Source: Raillietiella orientalis
Taxonomy: Eukaryota
Assembly (NCBI GenBank): GCA_036172245.1
Contig: JAYWIR010000055.1
Span: forward strand, 372,001 to 436,000
Direction: 5' to 3'
Length of the DNA: 64,000 nucleotides
Shown here: one piece after another, positions 50,833-61,900 of the stretch
Layout of the letters: every line of letters starts with the position of its first letter
Position numbering within the stretch: position 1 is the first letter of the stretch
The notes under the pieces: model-generated
What the model was told of the DNA's origin: nothing
What the model saw: only the letters and a program-made list of their open reading frames with translations
Database searches by the model: none
Made by a program: the position numbers and the translations under genes

Positions 50833-53800
50833 CTAGTTACACCTATCCGCAGTAGTTCGAATGCGTTGATGGGTTAAATTCAGAAACAGAATAGACTGTA
50901 AAAGGTGATTCAAACGTTGAAAATGCTTCTCAGTATATGGCAGGAGATTTTCAATATGAGATTGAATGTTAGGTAATTTAAGAACTTGTTCCACTGTCAT
51001 ACTTGACAACAAAATTTGCACCACAGTCTAAGAATCAAAACTCATTTTTGAATAAATGACATAATCATCATCTTACCAAAGCAGCCAAACAGTGTTTGCT
51101 ATTTGTATTCCAATCTACGGCGTAATTCAAAAGCATTTCTTGATGACTTGGTTCTAGTTCTGATATGAGGTTCTGGAGCCTCGAGTCACCGGTTTTATCC
51201 GTGAGCACATCTACAAAGTACAGAAAGTCTTTATTTTCAATGACAAAGGAGACAATGGAGATGGATATAAATTCCCAACTTTGGTTACAAGATTGATACA
51301 ATATTTCATCATATCCCATAATCTGAGGATTCACAATTTTGCAGTAAAGGGGTGAGGGTTTGTCTCCATGTGTATCCGATGGAGTTGACGATTTTCTGAT
51401 CGTAAATATAACTTTGATCTCAAAGGGCTTTATGCTGAACAAGTCTAAATGCATATAGACCTCACGAACATGCACCAGCCATGTAAGATGATAAACATTA
51501 TATGGGAATGGGTTAATATTAGGAGAGTTTGTCGATTAAAATACGTACTAACGCTTTCCATACAAAAGAAATAAGGATTTAACAAGAGACTGAACAATGC
51601 TTTTCACAATTAAGAGCAGCAAACGCAGTCATGCAGTATAATCCACATGAAAGGAAAGCATGCATGGAATACACAAACCAGCTTTAAGTTTACTCCTTAA
51701 ATTTTTTAAAACAGAAACAGAGAAACATCTATTTAGCTTCCCATACAGTATTCTTTCATGCATATAAGAATAATCACACAATTTTCAACATCTCCAAACA
51801 TGACCAACTAAAGAAACACCAAAAACCTGACCTTTTATGATGCCTAATGCACGAAAAGGTTGCTTTAATGTGAGACACATTTTCAAAGCCTCATCTGATT
51901 TTCTTGCTTGAAGCAAATTTTGTAACTGTTGCTCTTGCAAGATAAACTTTTCATGGTCAGCTGCTCTGACATTTTCTTCGTCCTCAGTTATATCTTTCCA
52001 TAAAATGAGCTTTGAATCTGCTGCTCCTGTTACAAAAGTTGTTGCATTGCTTCCTACTGCTCAATGAATGAATCAATGGCTGTTCCTATTAGGATTCCTT
52101 TCAAATTACCTGCAAGTGCCCACACTTTATCCTCATGCTCATCCCAAGTCTTTGTACATTCGTTTGTTTTGAGATTCCATAATTTGACTAGACCTTCTGA
52201 AGATGTAGTCAATAGTTGCAATCCTTGACTTATAAATGCTAAACACAGTACCGAGCTTTCATGACTCTTCAGTGTCTAAACATGTGAGTTTCAATAAGAT
52301 CACATAATGTAAACTAACTTCTTGTACCTTAAGACAGGTGAAATTCACTATTGACCAAATTTTTACTGTTGTGTCACCAGATCCTGTTGCCAGCACAGAA
52401 TCTGAAACTGAAAACTGAACACACCAAATGCCCCTCCTATGACCACGCAGAGTTCCCAGTAAATTAAGTCCATTAAGTGTCCATAACTAAAAGCAGATGA
52501 TGATTAGTTGCATTTATTTGCAAAATAAGCAAAATAACCAACCTTAGCAGTATTATCTTGAGAACCAGTAGCAACAAGCTTATCATTGGGTGAGATACAA
52601 ACACAATTGACAGTCTTTGAATGAGAAACAGTGGTGTGCTTGGCACTCAACTGTACAAGATTCTGACAATCTAAAAAATCTTATTGATATCTTAAGGTTT
52701 TTTAAAACTGGCTACCGTTCAGGAAGTCTTCAGAGAATTCATAAATCTTTAAACAAGTGTCTTCACTAACAGATGCTAGGAATCCAAGTTCCAAACAATT
52801 GGAAGAAATGCTTGTAATGGAACCTGTGTGACCGGAAGCTAAACCTACACACCATACACTGATATCCGATGAGAATTCTATTTTCCAAACTCGAATAGTC
52901 GTATCCTAACAGAAAAGTACGATGGCATTATTTCACACAAGCATCCATTTCAACCTTTGAACATGAAGCAAACACGGTCAAATCAGCAGGCCAACTTGTA
53001 ACACCAACCACAGTATTAGAATGACCATGAATGAGTTTACATTCAAATTTCAACTTGCTATATAATTTAATCACAGAACTATTGGTTGCAACCACTATGT
53101 GATCCTCCTCTGATCCAACAAAGCAAACATCTAGAATTTCATCACTGAATCCTAATAACTAATAAATAAAAGTAAGTGCATTTTGCTGTAGGCTGAAAGA
53201 CTTGCTTGCTTGACTGGTGCCTGAGTTTTGAGATCATACGTAACCAAAGTCTGATCAGCGTAAACAACATGTAAAAGAGAAGTATTGGCAGCAACAGACA
53301 TACTGATGATAGACGGCAAAGGATTCACCGACTTTTCAGGTATTTCCCACAAATGAACTCCTTTATTGACATCCCAGAACTTCACTACACCTTTAAAAAC
53401 ACAATGATACTAAAACAACTGCATTGACAACCATTACCTTTCTCTCCACCACTAATGACAAAGGAACCACGCATTTTGGATGGATCCGAAATGGGGTACT
53501 GGACCAAAGTTTCAATTGATTCATATACAGCAATAGTTTTCTTGATAACCTGATTTTCCAAATCCCACACCAATATTACTTTATCTCTTCCAGAGCTAAA
53601 TGAAACTTAATTATTCAGAAGGTGCATCCAAGTGTACCTACCTTATCAAAGAATTATTTTTTAAACTGAATAAAAGTGCGGTAACTATGCTATAGTGTCC
53701 TTCCAAAGTATAGACTATACAAGAAGTCTTCAAATCCCATCCATAGATGATCACATTATCAGATGCTCCAAATAAAAGGCAACTAGAGCTTTCTGGATGA

Positions 53801-56377
53801 AAAACAATGACACTAAAAAAAAAAAAAAATCGTCATTTTGCAACAAATAAAATCCTGCATTAGGAATGGATACCTGATTACACCTTGAGCTCCACGTAAA
53901 CAATGAGTACAATATTGTTTCTGGATATCCCATACTTTAATAAGGGAATCACTTGCTCCACTTGCCAACAAAGTACTTGTTGAATCAAAAACCAATCTTC
54001 TGATAAAACCAATATGGAGAGCCTTCCATGTTCGAATTAATTTCTTCCCTATAATGCAATTGTTTTATGTAGGAAGCTTATATTTGAATTCAAATTAAGC
54101 ATGTGCAAAATAAATCAAATGGCATGTGAATAATCCTCGATTCTCAAGTCAAAAATTGCCACAAATAAAGATAGAATCCTTCAATGCACTTACACCCTTC
54201 TAACCAACATGCTTACATTTTTCTAAATTCATATCTTAAATTTCTAGAGTCAACATCACCATTTAACAAGACACGTACTATGGTACTTATTTCCTTAAAC
54301 TAACATTAATATTTTAACGTTAAGATATGCCATCCCTATAATAAACACCCATTACTTAACATTCATATGATTATTTGAAACTCACACACAAGCATTAACT
54401 CATTCACATCTACACAGAGGATTCATAGTCAGAATCTTTACTTTCATAGTACTCTGTTGGGACTGAAACATTATTATTTACACTTATCACATGATGCAGG
54501 TAAATAAGATAAAAGGCTGAAATTCAAACTTCGGAGTACTGAAAAACAGGCTTAAAATTCGCGTTTTTCGATGTATTGGAAGCATTTTTTGTTTTCTACA
54601 TCATTATCAATCGCGATTTCCCTTGTCATGTGGAAACATGAACTTGCTAACATCAAGGAATTGAAGGTCTGAATAGACTATTCTTATTGCATTGAAAAGC
54701 AGTAAAGTGAATGCTGATATAAGACAACAGTTTGTGGAGAGGCAGTAATGGAATAAATGCTAGCATTTCAGTTCAACCGATTGACTTACTGTCATGGAAA
54801 GAGATTTACTAATGGAACAAGGTTCACCTTCAAAAACTATGCTAACTACAGAGAAATCTATACAAACAACAGCAACATGCTCCGAAAGTACTCTTATAGT
54901 GTTCTTAATACTTTTATAACTCTGTGGCTGTGATGTTCCCAAATAAATCCTCCAAAAAAATTCACAAAAACTATAAGCCCGAAAACGAACTAAGGAAGAG
55001 AAACTCAAAAATCAAAAATAATTTACAAATTTTAATAATCGAATTTCCGGTATTAGAGATGAGTTTTGGATAGTTTTTGTTACAGCATAAATCCTTTGTT
55101 TGCATACAGATCAATGTTCTAAATTAATTTTGTCTAGAGTAACAATGCAAACTATTTCACAGATTTCATATAGTTTTAAAATTGGGTTTCAGTTTCATGG
55201 TTAATAGTTCAGCATAATATATGCATCTCAGTTGTTTTAATTTCCAAGTGTCCTCAGATAGCAATAATTACGATAAGAGAGAACCATGGATATTTAGCAA
55301 GCAGCAGAATCAATATCAGTCCAATTACTTGTGTACTTCAAAAGAAAACTGGAATCTACTTGCATAGTATAATGAGAATCAATAATGAATTCAGAAACTT
55401 CAGATTGCAGATCTTTTGAATTTTTTTTCTTCACTTCAAATTATGCTCACACATGTAAGTTATATACAAACTGAATACTAAGTTATGCGAACAAAAAAAA
55501 ATCATAAACATAAATTTACTGCATTAGATATTTATTTATGTTGTTTACAAATTTTTTAATGTACACCTTAGAATCTGCAATATTGAAATATTCCATGTCA
55601 ATGATACCATTTCAATTCAGTTTCATACAGCATGAAATAGGATCTACATTCCTATGAACATATCCTTGATGGCTCTATTATATGCAATAATCATTTATTA
55701 ATTTTAAATACTCAATTTGTCTATACTCAGTTTGCATAGTAATTTGAACTGAAATGAGTCAATTCAATATTTTTCCAGTAAATAATATTAATCTCAGCTT
55801 TCAAGATCGTGATTGGAAAATCTTTGGACAAAATTCTACAAAGAACCTACCCATGATTTAAGATACAAATTCCTCAGCTTATTTTCAAATTACCTTCAAC
55901 TTCCCATTGTTTCAGTAAGCCAGACTTATGACTTGTAATAATAAAAAGATCATTTGGACTCAGCACAAACCAGATTATTGGATCATCTTCAGAATCTAGT
56001 TTTGCTTCACACTGACTGTTCTCAGCGGAGACCACACAAAGAAAATCGAAACACTGGCTAAGAAACCATTCCCCAGATGAACACCACTAAAAATCAAATA
56101 ACATATTAAGATGTACAAAAAATCTATGAATTAAAATTAGGAACTGTATTAGAAACATTAAAACCTGTATACATCCACCAGTGTAGAGAGCTTCATGTTT
56201 TGTTTGCACAGCATAGCTGAAACAAATGGTGCCTTTTAGCAAGAGCAATTTATTTTTAAAAAATCAAAATTACAATACAATATTCAACAACTTTAATTAA
56301 TTATCAAAACAGTAGTAATAAAAGAAGATATGCAGGTAAACGTACTTGGTTTTCAATATCTTGGTTTTCGTGGGCAT
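50833..56377 (-). CDS. TBL3: Transducin beta-like protein 3 / U3 snoRNA-associated protein 13 (WD40 repeats + Utp13 C-terminal domain), 788 aa
   Basis: complement join of 15 exons: 56346..56377, 56165..56216, 55894..56086, 53874..54048, 53642..53812, 53438..53595, 53206..53390, 52955..53158, 52716..52905, 52543..52670, 52328..52486, 52110..52275, 51832..52056, 51077..51210, 50833..51027. Total 2367 nt, phases consistent, no internal stops. Motifs: KTNYAV, FDSTSTLLASG, GFSDEILDV, SPNDKLVATGSQDNTAKLW, GHRRGIWCVQFS, HEDKVWAL, WNTNSKHC, LLPYTEKHFQRL. Confidence 0.96.
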
Positions 56378-58479
56378 TTTATGCTATCAAGGAATTTCAT
56401 AGAGTTCGTTGGGACAATTATTAAAATATTTAAGTGTAAGATGCCCAAAGTTGCATATTTAATATCAATCCGAAAATTCCACAGAAGGGTTCCTTCAAGG
56501 TTACTTCAACGGGATTAGAATAGTTGACTTAAGTTGTACACCAAAACGTGATTCAAAATTTAAAACACACCCAGGAACAAATTTCCAATGACTGACACAG
56601 AAATTGGTGCACATAACCACAACGAAGTTACGATGTGGCCTTGAAAAGTGTTAAGATTTAAAATTCTTTAAACCTTGTTTTATCGCTCTGCATTGCAAAT
56701 AAACAGGGTTAAACTGCATATCAAAGTTATTGCATTCACTTTACTTACAGAAAATGGTGCTTCCAAGGTTTAATCAAAGTTTTTTTGTTTTTTAACTTTA
56801 CCACGATATATATATCAAATAGCAAAAACATGTGTAACTTAAAAGGCTGTTTTTCGAAACCGTTAACCGAAACAAATATAGTTTTCAAGGTATCTGCATC
56901 TCCATATTCGCCCTTTGAAACGAGACTTTCGATGTTTACTTTACGTTACCAGTGTATAGAAAACACATGGAACGCAGGATGTCCACAGCTTTTATAACAA
57001 AATAAAAAAACATTAACAGAATATTAATACCAAGAAATATATGTTATGTTGAACTGTAAGAATTAAAATCATCATTGAATATATTTGGGTCCACAAATCT
57101 TCAAAATTATGAATTAACAGAATGCACAGCCCAGACGTACTGAAGATATTCACATGTAGTACGCTATAGCTTTCAAGTTGTACAAGCAGAACTCATAGTT
57201 CTAGAGCTTTGTGGAATCTCCAAAAGAGGCTTACAACAAATCAACAATTACTAATAAGCGGCTCTATGTTATCAAAATCATCCTGAAAACAAAATAACCA
57301 ACACTAAATAATTAATAAATTACTATTTCTAATAATTTATTGTTTTTGAATAAAAGTAAACTGTAGTGTTCTTGTAGCACTCACCATCTAGAGAAGCTAT
57401 GGAAACCTTCAGACTCTGGGTTTCACGGACCCAAAGCGTTTTCTTCTTAGGACCTTTAAACTTCCTTGACCATATTTTTTGAAGCTTAATTTTTCATTTT
57501 TTTGAAAACTTCGTCCACTTGAGAAACAAGTGATTGCTAGGATCTTCTCCAGATTGGTCTTTCGTATTTCCTCTATAATTACTTGCTTCATTCTTGACGA
57601 ATGTTATTCTGTTTGACAAAAGAGGCTGACTATTCTTTTACTCTTCCTTTAAGACCATCCTCAGCACAGAAAACTCGAGTAAGGTGGCCAGCCCAAAAGT
57701 TGGAACGGAGATACTAGAGAGCATTCATATTGCGCAAAAAAACTACATGAGAAATTTGACTATTGTTATTTACAAGTATTGAATTAAGAAACTGTCATCC
57801 ACCATGTGTAAAACTGTGGTCAGTAACACATTTCTTGAACGGACCTGCGATCCGCTTATAGACCCACGGTGATCTAAAGAGCAGAGTACACAAAGCAGTT
57901 TCAATTAGAAGATGCCTAATTGTAATTAAATTTCGATTCACACCTTCAGAATGAATAAAACATGAATTCTGCCTGTTGAAAATTGTAAATATTTTGAAGT
58001 TGAAACTGGATCAGTCCATTAGCTGAGTCGTTGCCACATTTAATACTAGATAAAACGATAGACATGACAACAGACAATTAACGGTTCAGAGGCAGAAAGA
58101 AAGGAGCGGTTCCCTTGCGGGTTCCCTTTGGAGAAGAAAAATGGAGTGGACCTCTCCGAAGGTCCCTCTGGAGAGATTAAGGAAGATGAGATTTCCTTTG
58201 GAATTCCCTTAGGAGACAACCAGGGTGGAGGTGATCTTCCTTCGGAGATCCTTCCTCAGGCGTGAGAGGAACGGATTCCAAGTCCTTCCTGGATTCATGG
58301 GGCGGTACCTTCCCGGGGTAACCCCTATCCAGAACTGAGGGCGTGGTTTTCAGTCTTTCTATCCCATAGACATTCCGTCAGGAGCAGCTCGTCATTTTGT
58401 GATGGAACTGGGATAGGTTGAGCTTCGTGCTAGAAACCAGACTCATCTCTGCAAAAGGAGCTTGAGGGCGTTCCTGCGC

Positions 58480-59600
58480 GTTTCCATGGCGCACATATAA
58501 TGTTTAGGGCCGCTGTGGTCGTCCATGTCGATGCTGGCTCGAAAACGCCGTTCCCGATCCACCAGGCATGTGTGTTGAACAGATCCGAGTCGATCAGAAT
58601 CATCGTAGGAAGGACATCTGTCTCAAAATCTGTTATAAAAGTATTAAATGTGGCAACGACTCAAAATCCCCCTACGACATACGTTCGCGCAACTAGGGGT
58701 AGATAGGGGTGTATTCTGTGCCGTCAATGTTTGCTTCTGCTGCTACAAAATGCTCCACAAGCCTTGGTTCTGTTCCAGGACCGCGAGATGCTGGTTTCGG
58801 GGGAGGTGGTCGCTCGGCTCCCTCCAGTTCCTTTTTCTGTTCTCCACTGCTTCCATAAGGCGATAAATCCCTCTTTCGGAGCCCTCTAGGCTTAGGAATG
58901 TCCAAGGTTCGATAAAAACAGTTTCCGAGACTTGACCTAAGGACTTTGGTAAGGACGAAGTTGCAACTGCGACTCCGAAAACTGGGGGTGACTTATTCAA
59001 CCCAGAGCTGATATCCTCGTGCAAACGAGCTCCTCATACTTGCGGTCTCTTGGGAAGAACCACCGTCATTGCTTCCATGCAGCGGAAGCAGGATGAAGCA
59101 TTTCATTGCTCCTCTGTAAAGGATGGTCTCTCTGTTTAAAGGAAATGGATCCCTTGAGCAGCAGATATCCTGCTGCTCCACGAACTTTAACTCAACAAGA
59201 TCGGAAGTGATGCAGACTTGGATGAGCCTGATGATCGCCAGTCCGGAAGCTCTCCATCCTCCTGATTGCCTCCCAAAGATATGATACCAAAATCCTCCAG
59301 CTCTTTCTTCCTCATGCTCGGCCCCAGAGCAATTTGCTCTAAGGTGACAAAGTGACAGTTGCCTACCAGCAGCGTAGTACAACGAATCTCCTGGAAAAAT
59401 GCACTTCCAGCTGTCAAGCTGGAAGACGGACGAGGAAGGTCGGGGACCACTGCAGCGTGCGAAGCACCTGGAATTCAGTCCGCCTGGAAGAATGTGTAGT
59501 CCATTCCCTGTCCGCAAGTCGTACCGTGCTTTCCTTCGAGAGAGAGTCGGTACGTGGTGGTTCCGTACCTAATGTCATATTCATTCTCTGGACGTATCAT
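58480..59600 (-). mobile_element. Decayed non-LTR retrotransposon fragment (ORF1 and APE endonuclease remnants)
   Basis: RCTTLLVGNCHFVTLEQ...LEDFGII (ORF1-like), GDF at ~58665 and DDHS at ~58520 (APE GDFN/SDH-like), broken by frameshifts. Confidence 0.4.
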
Positions 59601-59939
59601 TTAGCTACTACACCCAACATATCTTTCCTTGAAGACTAATGCTATTAGGTGCAGGAGTCTTATTCTTAGGTGGTGCGGTATGTTTTTAATCCAATGCGGA
59701 TGTTCACAAAACCAAATGTGAGAGTCATCTCCGGTAACTAACTTGCGAATCGCATTTTGAAAGCAAGAATGCAGTGTGATAAATAAATTGCAATTGTGGT
59801 TATGTCTGGATTGTAATGTACCTTAAATTAAGAAGTTATCCATATGATGAAAAAATTGCCTATTTTTGAGAGGGAATGCATTTTTGAGGCGTTTTTCTTG
59901 TGCCTTGTCCCGAGGCGAATCCAACTGCGACACGTTCTT

Positions 59940-61900
59940 GATGTTCATCACCCGGATATGCCGGGGCATTTATTATTAAAATTTTTGTTCACAAAAATTC
60001 CATAATAAAGTCGTTACTAATGCTTGTTTCGTGGTAGAACACTTGGTTCTACCACGCTCGGGAGACTTCTCATGAGCCAGTACGCAGACCGCTGAGTTCC
60101 ACTCCGGCGGAGAAAGGGAAGGGATAAACAAAACAAAAAGAATTGAAAAAAGGAGGACAATGTTTATTCGAGGAGGGGAGGGCAGGGAAGGGATCACTGC
60201 ATTGGTCCCCGGCATCCTGTTTAGGATGCTGACAAGTGCTGCTTTTAAATTATTCCGGTGGAGCCATCTTGACGCAGTCTCCAAGAAGATCGTGGTCCAG
60301 TGCACTGCGTCCCTGCTGTTCTGCCTTACTCTTTTGGCGTTCCACCTCTCCCCGATTCCACGAACACAGCAGATAACTGCTAGAGACGCGGTGGGGGGCA
60401 GAGTGTCACGCAGGAAGAGATGCTGGAAAATGTCTTTCGGGTCTCCTGCTGGAAGATTCAGAATCGACGAGAGTCGATTCCACAGTTCACGGAGGGCGAC
60501 GCAGTCTATTAAGAGATGCGGGAAGGTTTTCCTTTCGCCGCACTCGATGCAGCGGGCATCCACATTCCTCAGTGTCCAGTGAGACAGGCGTGCTCTGCAT
60601 AGGATCCCCCAGTGCAAGAATAGCAACGCCGTCTCCTGCCACTTCAGAGGGAGGGTGCCCTTGTCCGAACGCGCTGGGGGCCACTTCAAATTCTCCGGAG
60701 GTATTCCGAGCAGCTCGCCCAGTGCAGAAGTCCTTTAGGCAGGACGCTCGGGGTCTCAGCATCCACTAGCTGCCGAGTTGTCCATGACTTGAACAGTCTT
60801 TTCCTGCCTCCGATGAGGCAGGGCACTTCCCACGATGCTCGTTCGTTGCTGTCCCTAGCGTTCCTGAGGGAGAACAGCACGGGGGCAAGAGGGTAAAAGA
60901 AGCCCACAGCCCAACTTGCGTGGGTTGTTTACAATCTCCTGCAGGGGCTGTTCAGAGTAATTGCCTCTACGGAGGCATGCGTAGTCCGGCTCGCTCGAGC
61001 CGTTGATCTTTTCCCATGCGGAAACTGACGCTCCTGAAGCCAGGCGGTACAGTTCGCGGGGACGCAGGAGATCCACGTGCTCTCCTGCACTGGGTAACCA
61101 TGCCGCGCAGCTGATGGCCACAGTGCCTCAGGCTGCGGTCGTAGGCCACGACAGTCGAAGGCAATCCTTCGCAGCCGGTCGCTCTACTGGAGAGGGGGCG
61201 TGCGCGTTCGCACCATGGCGTTGTCCACAAATTCGCCGCGAGGGCGATTTTTCGAAATTGGAGCTCCATGCGCTCCAGCGTCCACCGTCCCTGCGTGGAG
61301 CGCCCAAGTCTTTTAAACGGACCCAAGACCTCCTTGTGCCCCAGAGGACTTTCCTCAGGAGGTCCTCGGTCCTTTTTTTCATGTGGGTGGGGAGGGGCAA
61401 ACAAAAAGTAGGGGGAGAACGAGGTGGGCCGCGAACGCGTTCTACACCACGGCCCGTTCCTGCAAGTAAAACTTGCCGTTCTGGAACGGGCCGATCGCTA
61501 ACTCCATCTTCTGAAGACGGACCCACCAGACTTCTGTCGGACAGAAGTCCCCCAGCGGAACGCCAAGGTTCTTGATGTACCTGCCCGTGGGGATCTCCAA
61601 GCTTGATGCGTGTCATGAGCTTTTGAATTTATTTGTAAATTCGTTTGATTCATTGTTCCGTCAGTGGAATTGATCCACGGTCGTGTGGTTTGAAAGATTC
61701 TGTCCCACATGGGTCCATTTCTTCCCCAGGAGAACATAATAGTTCTTGGTTGTTGCGAAGTCTTCGTCAAATGAACTGTTTGGAGGGGGAGGTCATGGCC
61801 ATCGGACTGAGGAAGAATCTTGCATTCTTGCATAACAGTTGTTCCGTTGAAGAATCCGATAATTTTTTTTGCTGCTTACAGGGAAAATGGGTTGCTGCAT
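59940..61900 (-). mobile_element. 5'-truncated, frameshifted L1/Tx1-like non-LTR retrotransposon (post-RT region, C-terminal zinc-binding domain, 3' UTR)
   Basis: Minus-strand frames give KVLWGTRRSWVRLKDLGAPRRDGG (typical post-RT motif) and WTTRQLVDAETPSVLPKGLLHW, then a 1-nt frameshift near 60719, then LPLKWQETALLFLHWG and CIECGERKTFPHLLIDC (CX2C...HX4C zf-RVT). Clearly homologous to the copy at 44200-45370. Confidence 0.8.

Noticed and set aside
51211..51500. ORF 51068-51475 extension and small hairpins in TBL3 intron 13 (H/ACA snoRNA?)
   Set aside because: Only 51077-51210 matches TBL3. The upstream part lacks a convincing two-hairpin H/ACA fold and looks more like a decayed RT scrap (HGDKPSPL).
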